This document shows, in pieces, positions 1-9,460 of a stretch of 64,000 bases of DNA. The first letter of the stretch is position 1. Every line of letters begins with the position of its first letter. The stretch is from Acidimicrobiia bacterium. GTDB lineage: Bacteria; Actinomycetota; Acidimicrobiia; Spongiisociales; ZC4RG35. The notes beneath the pieces were generated by a model, which was given only the letters and a program-made list of their open reading frames with translations, ran no database searches and was not told where the DNA came from. The stretch lies in NCBI GenBank assembly GCA_015488325.1, contig WFOA01000123.1, positions 1,226 through 65,225 on the forward strand. The letters are read 5' to 3'. The position numbers were made by a program, and so were the translations under genes.

Positions 1-2
1 GC

Positions 3-794
3 GATCACCTCCTCTACGACCTGCCCGGTGTCGGTCCCCGTGGACCGTGGGAGGCGTGGACGTCCCTCGCCGCCCTCGCCGAAGCCACCCAACGGGTCGA
101 ACTGGGCCCCCTGGTCGCCGCCACCGCGTTCCATCAGCCTCAGATGCTGGCGAAGATGGCCGCCACCGTCGACGAGATCTCAGGTGGACGCCTCGTCCTC
201 GGCCTCGGAGCCGGCTGGAACGAACGAGAGTTCCGGGCCTTCGGGTTCCCCTACGACCACCGGGTGTCGAGGTTCGAGGAGGCCTTCACCATCATCCGAC
301 GGCTCCTCAGGGAAGGGCAGGTGGACTTCCAGGGCCGGTTCTTTCGGGCCGACGACTGTGTCCTCTCCCCCCGGGGCCCACGTCCCCAAGGACCTCCGCT
401 GCTCATCGGCTCGACGGGCCGAAGGATGCTCACCATCACCCTCCCCCACGCCGACGCCTGGAACGTGTGGTGGGCGCGTTTCGGGAACACCCCGGAAGGT
501 TTCGCCCGACAGTCCCGCCTGGTCGACGACGTCTGCGAAGAGGTGGGTCGGGACCCGGCCGGGATCGAACGGACCGCGGCTGTCCTCTGCCAGTTCCCAG
601 GCGGCGGCGGCAGGATCATGGGGGGGCAGATGCCGCAGGGGATCCGCCCGGTGCAGGGCTCCCCGCAGCAGATGGCGGAAGCCCTCGCTGCGTTCGGTGC
701 AGCCGGCGCCGACCATCTCCAGCTCGTCCTCGACCCGATCACCGAAGACACCGTCGCTGCCCTCGCACCCGTCCTCGCGGCGTTGGGACGGTGA
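3..794 (+). CDS. LLM-class (luciferase-like) flavin/F420-dependent oxidoreductase, C-terminal part; the 5' end lies outside the window
   Basis: Frame of ORF 144..794 stays open back to nt 3 and reads DHLLYDLPGVGPRGPWEAWTSLAALAEATQRVELGPLVAATAFHQPQMLAKMAATVDEISGGRLVLGLGAGWNEREF, typical of LLM-family F420-dependent oxidoreductases. Strong GC3 bias. Confidence 0.7.
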   Translation, partial: DHLLYDLPGVGPRGPWEAWTSLAALAEATQRVELGPLVAATAFHQPQMLAKMAATVDEISGGRLVLGLGAGWNEREFRAFGFPYDHRVSRFEEAFTIIRRLLREGQVDFQGRFFRADDCVLSPRGPRPQGPPLLIGSTGRRMLTITLPHADAWNVWWARFGNTPEGFARQSRLVDDVCEEVGRDPAGIERTAAVLCQFPGGGGRIMGGQMPQGIRPVQGSPQQMAEALAAFGAAGADHLQLVLDPITEDTVAALAPVLAALGR

Positions 795-797
795 CGT

Positions 798-1466
798 TCA
801 GATGTCGGCGAGCCTCTCCACCGCCGCGGACAGGTCGCCCACCACCAGGTCGGGAGGCGGGTCGGGAAGGCCCCACACCACTCCCGGTCGGGCGAGGAAA
901 CAGCCTTCCATGCCGACCGACCGGGCGCCGATGATGTCCCAGTCGTGGGCTGCCACCAGCATCGCCCGGTCGGTGTCGACGCCGGCCAGGGCACAGGCGT
1001 GGAGGTAGGGCTCGGGCGCCGGTTTGAATCGGGACACGGCGTCCACGGAGAACGACTGTTCGAAGAAGCCTTCGATTCCGGCGTTGCGGAGCTGGTCGAC
1101 CACCGCCTCGGAGGAGCCGTTGGTCAACGTCACCAGACGGAACCCAGCGGAGCGGAGCCGCTCCAACGCGTCGGGGACGTCACGGTGGGCGGGCAGGGAA
1201 CGCATGCCTTGGACGATGGCCGCGATCCGCTCCGGCGACACGTCGATCCCCCGTTTCAGGGCGAGGACCATGAGGGCTTCGGCCCCGATCTGGCCGAAGG
1301 GACGGTAGTTGCCTACATGGTTGGCGACGAGGGACCCGTGCAGCATCCGGGCGAACCATTCGCCCATCGGCTCCGCCGATCCGAAGACGTCGACGAATCC
1401 GGGACGTAACGCGGCCAGGTCGAGAAGCGTCTCGTTGACGTCGAACACCAACAGGTCGGGTCTCAT
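798..1466 (-). CDS. HAD-superfamily hydrolase (haloacid dehalogenase type II-like)
   Basis: C-terminal 222 aa of the artefactual ORF 798..4277 begin MRPDLLVFDVNETLLD (HAD motif I, DxDxT-like) and continue through LTNGS and GVDTDRAMLVAAHDWDIIGA (motifs III/IV). The ATG at 1466 overlaps the stop of the upstream gene as ATGA. Confidence 0.7.
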   Translation of the reverse strand: MRPDLLVFDVNETLLDLAALRPGFVDVFGSAEPMGEWFARMLHGSLVANHVGNYRPFGQIGAEALMVLALKRGIDVSPERIAAIVQGMRSLPAHRDVPDALERLRSAGFRLVTLTNGSSEAVVDQLRNAGIEGFFEQSFSVDAVSRFKPAPEPYLHACALAGVDTDRAMLVAAHDWDIIGARSVGMEGCFLARPGVVWGLPDPPPDLVVGDLSAAVERLADI

Positions 1467-1888
1467 CGTTCCACCGGACCTTGCAGCCGTTCCACCGCCT
1501 CCACGAAGAAGTCGGGGACCGGGGTCTTTTGGAACGTCTCGGCGTCGACCACCACCTGCACCTCCCGACCTTCCACGACGGTACGGCCCGACTCCAGCTC
1601 CCAGGTGCGGAGCTCGAAGACGACCGACGTCGTCCCGATCCTCGCCACTCGAGCTCCCGTGAGGAGCACGTCGCCGATCCGGGCAGACGACCGGAAATCG
1701 ACCTCCGCCCTCGCCAGGACCATCTCGTAGCCTCGGCCGGTGAACTCGTCCCAGGGAATCCCGAGAGCGTCGAAGTAGTCGGTGATCGTGTCGTCGAAGT
1801 AGGTGAGGTAGTTCCCGTTGAAGACGATGCCTTGGGCGTCGCTGTCGGAGAACCGCACCTTGCGCTGATAGGTGACCGGAAAGTCCAT
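1463..1888 (-). CDS. acyl-CoA thioesterase, 4HBT/YbgC hot-dog fold
   Basis: 141-aa ORF with the pattern RFSDSDAQGIVFNGNYLTYFD (Asp-His type hot-dog thioesterase). Likely translationally coupled to the HAD gene. Confidence 0.7.
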   Translation of the reverse strand: MDFPVTYQRKVRFSDSDAQGIVFNGNYLTYFDDTITDYFDALGIPWDEFTGRGYEMVLARAEVDFRSSARIGDVLLTGARVARIGTTSVVFELRTWELESGRTVVEGREVQVVVDAETFQKTPVPDFFVEAVERLQGPVER

Positions 1889-1897
1889 GGCGGAACG

Positions 1898-4066
1898 CTA
1901 CCGGCTCCCCGACGGGGACGTCGGGACACTGCCTCCGCCAGGCGACGAGCCCAACATGGCCGACAGGGCGGCGACGGCCTCCCCGTAGGCGGGTTCGAAC
2001 CAGTAGCCGCCGTGGATACGCACCTCCGGATCGTCCAGCGGTGGGGCGTCGATCCCGCGACGGACCGGCCCTCCGATCGGATCGTCGGCGCGGAACAGGT
2101 TCACCCAGGCGGGCGTGTCGGGCCCGCCGAGCGCGCGGTCGAGGCCGTCGAAGAATCCGTCGTCGAAATGGGCGGGGAAGAACCGCCGGTACAGCGACCC
2201 GAGGGGACTCCCGAAGGTGAGGAGAGCCACCTTCGCCGCGGGGACGCCGTAGGCACGCACGGCGGCGGCCGCCACCACCGAACCTTGGGAATGGCAGGCC
2301 AACAGGAGACGGTCGGGACCGTCGACGTGGGAGCGGATCACGTCGGCCAAGTCGGGGACCGCCACCGGCCCGTACGCCGGTGGGGCGAAGGGATGGAACC
2401 ACCGGGGGAAGAACGATCCGACGTCCCAGATGATGGCGAGGGTTCGTCGATCCTCCCGGCTGCGGACGGCACCGACGATCCGGGATGCCACCAGCCCGAG
2501 CGGGAGGAGCAGCGTCACCGAGACGGCCGTGTCGGTGAACCCGGCGAACCCGAGGCGGACGCCGAACAGCGACAACGCCGGTGAGTCGACCAACGTCAGC
2601 CACCCGAACGTCCCGACCGTGGCGGCGACGACGAGGAGCCGCCGCACAGTCGAGGTGAACGCCCACAACGCCAAGCCCAACCCGACCACCACGATCACAC
2701 CGCCGGGGATCGCCACCCACGAGGCGTCCGGGCGGAGGTCCCACCATCCGACCGCCGCCCCGGCGTCGACGGACACGAGGACGAACGTCACCGCCAGCGT
2801 CGTCCCCAACACGAGCTCGGCCCGGTCGCGCCAGCGTCGAAGCCCCACGAACAGGGCAACGGTTCGGTCCGGGCCAGGCCGTACCCCCGCCACGTACAGG
2901 ACCAAGGCCACCGCCAGCACCCAGACCCCGCCGACCAGGAACCCTTCGGCCAGCCGTTCCAGCCCTTCGGTTCGCTCCGCACCGGCCAACCCTCCTCCCA
3001 CCACGATGAGGGCGGCGCCGACGCTCGCCCCGCTCGCCCCGGCCAACGTCATCAGCGCAGGCGCCACCGTGACGGCCCTGCCTCCCCAGCCGAGGAGGAA
3101 CACCGTCGCCGTCGCCGCCGCATACACGAGGACGGTGACACGCACCGCGTCGCCGAGGGCCCGGAAGGAGGGGTCGTCGACGCATCCTCGACCGCACGGG
3201 CCGACGAGGGCGGAGAGCACCAGTAGGGACGCCAGAGCGGCGGCGGCGGTGAGGGCCAGCAGGAACGACGCCGGTTCCACCCAGCGGTGGGTGCCGTCCC
3301 GCCGCAGGGCCGCCGTGACGGCCGTCACCACCACACCTGCGCCGACGGCGGCGAGGACCACCAGCCCCGGCGGGGCAGGTCCGGCTCCTGACAGGGCACC
3401 GTTGGCGAACACGACGGCGGCGGCGACGACGGCCAGCGCCACACTGATGTGCAGGTTTCGGAGGGTCTCGCCGACCAGGTCGGATTCCCAGGTGGCCGGA
3501 TCCCCCACCGACACGTCCGCCGCCGGGTCGGAACCGCCCGGATGGGATCGGGAGTGGAGGAACCGGCGGAACGGGTCCCTGCCGGGTCCTGGGTGTTCGA
3601 CCCGACTGGTCACCATCCACAACCCGACGAGGACGAAAGCGGCGACGAGCCCACCGACGACGACACCGCCTTCGGGACCGAACCAGCCGAGGCGTCGGGA
3701 CGCCAGCCAATAGCCGCCCAGCTCCACGAATCCGATCCCGGCGACGAACGAGAACAGGGCGGTGAGCGCCAGACCGGCGAGGCGGACGACGACGACGGCG
3801 GCGCGCCGCACCCGGGGAGGACGAGGCGGAAGGGCCCACCCGGCCACGTTCAGCAGCATGTAGGGGACGAGCAGCAGCCACAGCGCCTTGCGGGGACTCC
3901 CCGATGTGAGGGAGCTCCACTGGTAGGCCCGCAGCCCGCCGTAGGCGGGAGCGGGCCGGAAGATCCGGGTGTCGCCCCGATCCTCGAGGACGACCGGCGC
4001 CGTACCCAGCATGATGTCCGGCGGCGTCCCCGACACCCCGTGGACCCGCATCTCGATCAGGGCCAT
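1898..4066 (-). CDS. polytopic membrane protein with a C-terminal alpha/beta-hydrolase (esterase/lipase-like) domain
   Basis: 722-aa ORF. The N-terminal 560 aa or so are hydrophobic with at least 10 predicted TM helices. The C-terminal section reads LLLACHSQGSVVAAAA (a nucleophile elbow of the form small-x-Ser-x-small) followed by LLTFGSPLG and a catalytic His region. Confidence 0.6.
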   Translation of the reverse strand: MALIEMRVHGVSGTPPDIMLGTAPVVLEDRGDTRIFRPAPAYGGLRAYQWSSLTSGSPRKALWLLLVPYMLLNVAGWALPPRPPRVRRAAVVVVRLAGLALTALFSFVAGIGFVELGGYWLASRRLGWFGPEGGVVVGGLVAAFVLVGLWMVTSRVEHPGPGRDPFRRFLHSRSHPGGSDPAADVSVGDPATWESDLVGETLRNLHISVALAVVAAAVVFANGALSGAGPAPPGLVVLAAVGAGVVVTAVTAALRRDGTHRWVEPASFLLALTAAAALASLLVLSALVGPCGRGCVDDPSFRALGDAVRVTVLVYAAATATVFLLGWGGRAVTVAPALMTLAGASGASVGAALIVVGGGLAGAERTEGLERLAEGFLVGGVWVLAVALVLYVAGVRPGPDRTVALFVGLRRWRDRAELVLGTTLAVTFVLVSVDAGAAVGWWDLRPDASWVAIPGGVIVVVGLGLALWAFTSTVRRLLVVAATVGTFGWLTLVDSPALSLFGVRLGFAGFTDTAVSVTLLLPLGLVASRIVGAVRSREDRRTLAIIWDVGSFFPRWFHPFAPPAYGPVAVPDLADVIRSHVDGPDRLLLACHSQGSVVAAAAVRAYGVPAAKVALLTFGSPLGSLYRRFFPAHFDDGFFDGLDRALGGPDTPAWVNLFRADDPIGGPVRRGIDAPPLDDPEVRIHGGYWFEPAYGEAVAALSAMLGSSPGGGSVPTSPSGSR

Positions 4067-4119
4067 GGGTTCTGTCTAGTCGCCACCGACAGCCGATGAC
4101 GGCCAGGAGGCGGTCCCGG

Positions 4120-4566
4120 TCAGCGTGGCGAGGCGACCCGTCGTGCCCGGCGAGGACGGATACGGCCACGGATGAGCCACAGTCCGACGGCGACGACGAT
4201 CGCCGGGGCGACCAGCAGCGGCAGCGTGCTCGGGCTGGGAGGCGGATCGAGGAGGATCCAGGTCCCGTACCGGGCAACGAAATAGTCGATGATCTCCTGG
4301 TCGGTTCGGCCTTCCGCCACCTGGGAGGCGATCAGCTCGCGCATCTCCCGGGCGGTCTCCGACGGTGAGTCGAGCACCGATTCGGACTGGCATACGGGGC
4401 ATCGGAGTTGGGCAGCGATGATCTTCGTGCGATCTTGGGGGCGGGGAGGGGCAGTCAGGAGCCCGACGGTGACGACCCCGACCGCCACCGCCAGCAGCAC
4501 CACCAGCGCCCGCCGGGTCGGACGGGGCGCGTCGGGGCCTGGAAGGTCAGGTCGGTGATCCGACAT
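4120..4566 (-). CDS. ccmH: cytochrome c-type biogenesis protein CcmH
   Basis: Signal/TM anchor, then LRCPVCQSESVLDSPSETAREMRELI (the CcmH LRCxxCQ motif) and a C-terminal TM segment. It overlaps the ccmF stop by 20 nt. Confidence 0.7.
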   Translation of the reverse strand: MSDHRPDLPGPDAPRPTRRALVVLLAVAVGVVTVGLLTAPPRPQDRTKIIAAQLRCPVCQSESVLDSPSETAREMRELIASQVAEGRTDQEIIDYFVARYGTWILLDPPPSPSTLPLLVAPAIVVAVGLWLIRGRIRPRRARRVASPR

Positions 4567-6529
4567 GGTCTTTCGCCGCTGTCAGGTCGTCCCGTTCCGG
4601 TTTGCGGAACACGAACGACGCCAGACCGCCGACCGACATCAGGATCCCCCCGATCCACACCAGGTACATCATCGGGTGGGTCTGGACGTCGAGGATCACC
4701 GAGTCGGAGTCCAGCCTGCGGATCGTCAGGTAGATGTCACGGGCGAGACTCGTGTTGACGGCGGGGGTGCCGATCGCCTGCTGGAAATTCGGGTACTGGT
4801 TGAGGCTGGGTTCCATCACCGCCACCAGTTCGCCGTCCCGGTAGACGGCGGCCCGAACCCCGGTGACGAGGCGGTTCGGCTCGGGCCGCTGGAACGATTC
4901 GAGATAGGTGATTTCGTAGCCGAGGGCCGAGCCGGTCTCGCCGGGACGCAGCGTCACCATCGCCTCGGAACTCAGGTTGCCGTACAGGGCGACCCCGACG
5001 GCGAGGATCGCCACCCCCAGATGGGCGACTTGACCTCCCCAGAAGCGGGGGTCGCGCACCACCACCCGCCTGACCGCCTCCCACCGTGTCCGACCCTGGG
5101 ACTCCATCACCGCCGACGCCTGACGCCAGAGGCGCTCCGCCACCGGGCCGACCACCAGGATGGCGAGTCCGACGATGGCGACGACGTGACCCACCCGCAC
5201 TCCGACGACGACGAGGAGGGCGCCGGCGAGGGCGGCCACCGCCAGGGACCCGCGGATCCGATCCCACACGACGACCGGACGTGCCTTCCGGTAGGGGGCG
5301 ATGCTCCCCACCCCCATCGCCGCCAACAGGATGTAGGAGAGGGGAACGGCGTACCGGTCGAAGAAGGGTCGGCCCACCGATATCTGTTCTCCGGAGATGG
5401 CTTCGACGATCATCGGGTAGATGGTGCCGAGGAGCACCACCACCGCCAGGGTCGACAACACCAGGTTGTTGAGGAGGAAGATCCCTTCGCGGCTCACCAT
5501 CGTGTCGAGACGCCGCGGCGACGACACGGCCGGAGCACGGAACCCGAGGAGGATCAGGCTGGACACCAGGATGACGGCGAAGAACCCGAGGAGCACCGGT
5601 CCGATCGCCGACTGCGAGAAGGCATGGACCGATCCGATCACCCCCGACCGGGTGAGGAACGTGCCGAAGATCGTCATGGCGAAGGTGAGGATGACGAGGA
5701 CGAAGTTCCAGCTCCGCAGCACTCCCCGCCGCCGCTCCACCACCGCCGAATGGATGAAGGCGGTGGCCGTTAGCCAGGGGATGAACGAAGCGTTCTCCAC
5801 GGGATCCCACGCCCAGAAGCCACCCCAGCCGAGGACTTCGTACGACCACCATCCGCCGATGACGATGCCGGCCCCGAGGAAACTCCAGGCGACGAGGGAC
5901 CACGAGTGGGTTCGTTCAAGCCAGTCGCTGCCCGACACCCCTTTCGCCAACGAGGCGACCGCGAAGGCGAAGGGGACGGTGAACCCGACGAACCCCAGGT
6001 AGAGGAGGGGCGGGTGGATCGCCATCATGATGTGGTTCTGGAGGAGCGGGTTGGGTCCGGGACCGTCGGGGGGCACCACGTCCAACGTCTGGAAGGGGTC
6101 GGCGACGGTCGCCATCACACCGAAGAAGAACAAGGCGACGACGCCGATCACGGCGATCGCTCCCGACCCGACATCGTCTCCGTCGCGGTGTTTCCTCACC
6201 ACCGTCCAGGCGTATCCGGCCAGCACCAGGCCCCACAGCACGATCGAACCTTCCAGCGCCGCCCAAGCGGTGGCGACGTTGAACGGGAAGGGCGTCGACC
6301 GGGAATGGTTCTCGGCCACGTAACGGATGGAGAAGTCGTTCCCCAACAGGGCGGCCTGCAGCGCCCCCATCGCGGCGAGGGCTCCCACCACCAGCGCCGC
6401 GGTGGCCGCCCCCAGGTAGGCGCGGCTCGCCCGGTTCGGGTTCCTGAACCCGATGACCCCACGCCGGATCATCTCGAGAGACGCCAGCACCCCCAACAGG
6501 ACGCCGGCCTTGCCGAACAGGGCGATCAT
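4547..6529 (-). CDS. ccmF: cytochrome c heme lyase subunit CcmF (NrfE family)
   Basis: 660-aa polytopic protein containing WGGFWAWDPVENASFIPWL, the tryptophan-rich WWD heme-handling signature of CcmF/NrfE. Confidence 0.85.
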   Translation of the reverse strand: MIALFGKAGVLLGVLASLEMIRRGVIGFRNPNRASRAYLGAATAALVVGALAAMGALQAALLGNDFSIRYVAENHSRSTPFPFNVATAWAALEGSIVLWGLVLAGYAWTVVRKHRDGDDVGSGAIAVIGVVALFFFGVMATVADPFQTLDVVPPDGPGPNPLLQNHIMMAIHPPLLYLGFVGFTVPFAFAVASLAKGVSGSDWLERTHSWSLVAWSFLGAGIVIGGWWSYEVLGWGGFWAWDPVENASFIPWLTATAFIHSAVVERRRGVLRSWNFVLVILTFAMTIFGTFLTRSGVIGSVHAFSQSAIGPVLLGFFAVILVSSLILLGFRAPAVSSPRRLDTMVSREGIFLLNNLVLSTLAVVVLLGTIYPMIVEAISGEQISVGRPFFDRYAVPLSYILLAAMGVGSIAPYRKARPVVVWDRIRGSLAVAALAGALLVVVGVRVGHVVAIVGLAILVVGPVAERLWRQASAVMESQGRTRWEAVRRVVVRDPRFWGGQVAHLGVAILAVGVALYGNLSSEAMVTLRPGETGSALGYEITYLESFQRPEPNRLVTGVRAAVYRDGELVAVMEPSLNQYPNFQQAIGTPAVNTSLARDIYLTIRRLDSDSVILDVQTHPMMYLVWIGGILMSVGGLASFVFRKPERDDLTAAKDHVGSPT

Positions 6530-6574
6530 CGAACCCTCCTGCAGTCGTAGGATCGTTGGGGGGTCACGGCCACC

Positions 6575-7207
6575 TCAGGAGTCGGGACTCGACTGGACCG
6601 TCCCGACCGTCTGGGAGCCGGGTCGTCCCCCGGCGAGCATCGTGTCGATCGTGGAAGCCAGGATGAAGGCGTTCGACTGTCCGGTGATCTTGCCGGCGAT
6701 GGTGCCGTCGGCATCCACGAAGAAGGTCTCGGGCACTCCGAACACCCCGAATTCGATCGCCGCCCGGGCGTCCGGATCCAACACGCTCGGGTATCCCCGC
6801 CCGAGCTCGTCGAGGAAGGCGATGGCGGCCTTCGGGTCGTCCTGGTACACGATCCCGATGAATTCGACCCCCCGATCCGCGTAGGCGGCGGCGGTGGCCA
6901 TCAGATCGGGGTGTTCTTCTCGACAGGCGGTGCACCAGGAAGCCCAGAAGTTGATGACGAGGATCGTACCCCGCTTCTCACGCAATGAGATCGCCCCCTC
7001 ACCTTCGAGGAGCGGGAGGGTCAGGTCGGGGACGGGCTGGCCAATGAGGGGTGATTTCACGAGGCTCGGGTCGCTTCCGAACCGTGACCCGAGGACGACC
7101 AGGAACGCCAGGACCAGGACGCCCACGACCGAGACCACCGCCCAGATCCGTCTGCTCTGGCGGGTCGGGTCGCCGAGTTCGGGAGTCAGGTCGGGGGGTG
7201 TCGTCAC
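6575..7207 (-). CDS. resA: thiol:disulfide oxidoreductase ResA/CcmG (DsbE/TlpA family)
   Basis: N-terminal TM anchor and a thioredoxin fold with the WCTAC active site (INFWASWCTACREEHPDL). First gene of the ccm operon. Confidence 0.8.
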   Translation of the reverse strand: MTTPPDLTPELGDPTRQSRRIWAVVSVVGVLVLAFLVVLGSRFGSDPSLVKSPLIGQPVPDLTLPLLEGEGAISLREKRGTILVINFWASWCTACREEHPDLMATAAAYADRGVEFIGIVYQDDPKAAIAFLDELGRGYPSVLDPDARAAIEFGVFGVPETFFVDADGTIAGKITGQSNAFILASTIDTMLAGGRPGSQTVGTVQSSPDS

Positions 7208-7302
7208 CTCGTGCCTCCGGTCGTCGCTTCGTCGCCGGCGACCGAGACGGGAGCCGGTTCCGTCGGAATTGTTGCATACCGAACCGGGCTAGCCTGCCGA
7301 CC

Positions 7303-8028
7303 ATGCCGGCATGGTTGCTGCCTTTCCTCGCCGTCGCCGCAGGGGTGGTGTCGATCAGCTCCCCCTGCGTCCTGCCGCTCATCCCCGGCTACGTCTCCTA
7401 CATGACGGCCCTGCCCGTCTCGGAAGTGGGGGCCGCCGGGACGCGCCGGCTGGTGTTGAGGACGTCGCTGCTGTTCGTCGCCGGCTTCACCCTCGTCTTC
7501 ACCATCCTCGGGGCGTCGTCGGCCCTGGTCGGCACGTTGCTGCTCCGCAACCTGCCGGTGCTGGTGCGGTGGGCGGGGGTGGGGATCATCGCCTTGGGCC
7601 TCGCCATGGTCGGATGGTTGAAGATCCCCGGGCTGGGTCGGGGCGGTTTCGCCTTGAAGCGGTTCCGGCCCGGCGGCCGGTCCGCCTTCGGGATGGGGAT
7701 GGCGTTCTCGGTGGGATGGATCCCCTGCATTGGCCCTGTGCTGGGGACGATCCTCGCCGCGGCGGCGGCGACCGAGACGGTGGCGTGGGGGGCGTTTCTC
7801 CTCGCCCTGTACTCCCTGGGCCTCGGTATCCCGTTCGTGCTGATCGCCCTCGGTTTCCACCGGGCGCGGCGGGCGACGGCGTGGCTGCGCCGCAACGGAC
7901 GCAGGATCGAGGTGGCGGGAGGGGTGATGGTGATCCTGGTAGGTGTCGCCTTCGTCGCCGGATGGTGGCAGCAGATCTTCATCCCCCTGCAACGGGCGTT
8001 CGCCCGGCTCGGATGGCCGCCCATTTGA
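7303..8028 (+). CDS. ccdA: cytochrome c biogenesis thiol-reductant transporter CcdA (DsbD transmembrane core)
   Basis: Internal ATG at 7303 of ORF 7051..8028 gives MPAWLLPFLAVAAGVVSISSPCVLPLIPGYVSYM and later FSVGWIPCIGPVLG, the two conserved Cys of CcdA. Divergent from resA. Confidence 0.8.
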   Translation: MPAWLLPFLAVAAGVVSISSPCVLPLIPGYVSYMTALPVSEVGAAGTRRLVLRTSLLFVAGFTLVFTILGASSALVGTLLLRNLPVLVRWAGVGIIALGLAMVGWLKIPGLGRGGFALKRFRPGGRSAFGMGMAFSVGWIPCIGPVLGTILAAAAATETVAWGAFLLALYSLGLGIPFVLIALGFHRARRATAWLRRNGRRIEVAGGVMVILVGVAFVAGWWQQIFIPLQRAFARLGWPPI

Positions 8029-8173
8029 CGATGGCCGCGACGGGGCACGGCGGACCGACGGGTCCCTTCGTTCGGTGTGTGGACACCGTCCGGCGGTTTG
8101 TCGACTCGACCTGGGCACCGTGGGTCACCCCCGAGGTTCGACGCTGAGCGCGAGATGATAGAGAGAACCGGGA

Positions 8174-8219
8174 GGTACCCATCCCCCCGGGGGTGGGTGC
8201 CCCTCCGGGGTGGGGCGTA
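8174..8219. promoter_or_regulatory. GC-rich dyad-symmetry element in the acyl-CoA dehydrogenase 5' region
   Basis: GTACCCATCCCCCCGGGGGTGGGTGCCCCTCCGGGGTGGGGCGTAC forms two adjacent near-palindromes (ACCCATCCCCCC/GGGGGTGGGT and GCCCC-tccggggt-GGGGC) flanked by GTAC. It lies about 45 nt upstream of the ATG at 8264. Confidence 0.3.
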
Positions 8220-8263
8220 CCGAGGTTCGCCTTCCCGACGACCCTGCTGCGATACTGGAGGCC

Positions 8264-9448
8264 ATGGCCGACCTCTCCTTCCACACCCCCGACCCCAAAG
8301 ACTTCCTCGACCTGCGGTCAGAGCTGTCGGACGAAGAGCGACTCCTCGCCGACACGGTCCGCAGCTTCGTCGAAGACAAGATCCTCCCCGACGTCGCCGA
8401 ATGGTACGAGGCGGGGACCTTCCCCCGTGAGCTGGCCAAAGAGATGGGTCAGATGGGGCTGTTCGGAATGCATCTCGAAGGCTACGGGTGCGCCGGGACA
8501 TCCAACGTCGCCTACGGTCTCGCCTGCCTCGAACTGGAAGCGGGCGACTCGGGGACCCGCAGCTTCGTGTCGGTCCAAGGCTCCCTCGCCATGTTCCCCA
8601 TCTGGAAGTTCGGCTCCGAAGAGCAGAAACAGGACTGGCTGCCCCGGATGGCCTCCGGCGAAGTCATCGGATGTTTCGGACTCACCGAAGCGGACGCCGG
8701 GTCGGACCCGTCGTCGATGCGTACCCGGGCCCGCCGTGACGGCTCCGACTGGATCATCGACGGGTCGAAGATGTGGATCACCAACGGCTCCATCGCCGAC
8801 GTCGCCATCGTCTGGGCCAAGACCGACGAAGGGGTACGTGGCTTCATCGTCCCCACCGACTCCCCCGGGTTCACCGCCAACACCATCCACCACAAGGCGA
8901 GCCTCAGGGCTTCGATCACCTCGGAGCTGGTGCTCGACGGGGTGCGGGTACCCGACGAATTCGTGCTGCCGGGAGTGGCGTCGATGCGTGGTCCCCTCTC
9001 CTGCCTCAACGAAGCCCGGTTCGGGATCGCCTGGGGGGTCGTCGGTGCCGCCCGTTCGTGCTACGAGACGGCCCTCGAATACGCGATCGAACGCCACCAG
9101 TTCGGTCGCCCCATCGCCTCGTTCCAGCTCACCCAGGCCAAGTTGGTCGAGATGATGGTGAAGGTGAACCGGGCGGGACTGGTCGCCCTCCACCTGGGGC
9201 GAATGAAAGACGAAGGTCGGCTCACACCCCACCAGATCTCCTTCGGGAAGATGGACAACGTCCGCAACGCCCTCGAAGTGGCACGGATCGCCCGATCGGT
9301 CCTCGGCGCCAACGGCATCACCCTCGAATACCCGGTGATCCGCCACATGGCGAACCTGGAGACGGTGTACACCTACGAAGGCACCAACGAGATCCACACC
9401 CTGGTGATGGGCAACGCCATCACCGGGATCCAGGCGTTCAGTCCGTAG
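8264..9448 (+). CDS. acyl-CoA dehydrogenase (glutaryl-CoA dehydrogenase-like)
   Basis: ATG at 8264 gives MADLSFHTPDPKDFLDLRSELSDEERLL ... GCFGLTEADAGSDPSSMRTRA ... YEGTNEIHTL, the ACAD family with a GcdH-like N-terminus. Confidence 0.85.
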   Translation: MADLSFHTPDPKDFLDLRSELSDEERLLADTVRSFVEDKILPDVAEWYEAGTFPRELAKEMGQMGLFGMHLEGYGCAGTSNVAYGLACLELEAGDSGTRSFVSVQGSLAMFPIWKFGSEEQKQDWLPRMASGEVIGCFGLTEADAGSDPSSMRTRARRDGSDWIIDGSKMWITNGSIADVAIVWAKTDEGVRGFIVPTDSPGFTANTIHHKASLRASITSELVLDGVRVPDEFVLPGVASMRGPLSCLNEARFGIAWGVVGAARSCYETALEYAIERHQFGRPIASFQLTQAKLVEMMVKVNRAGLVALHLGRMKDEGRLTPHQISFGKMDNVRNALEVARIARSVLGANGITLEYPVIRHMANLETVYTYEGTNEIHTLVMGNAITGIQAFSP

Positions 9449-9460
9449 AGGCGGCCGTCC

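Noticed and set aside
28-1008. Pro/Arg/Ser-rich ORFs 28..1008 and 47..934
   Set aside because: Wrong frames of the LLM oxidoreductase gene, whose own frame (3..794) carries the family motifs.
798-4277. 1159-aa ORF on the minus strand
   Set aside because: A stop-free frame in 70%-GC DNA. It concatenates the real HAD, thioesterase and membrane-hydrolase reading frames with Arg/Pro/Gly-rich nonsense. The real genes were extracted individually.
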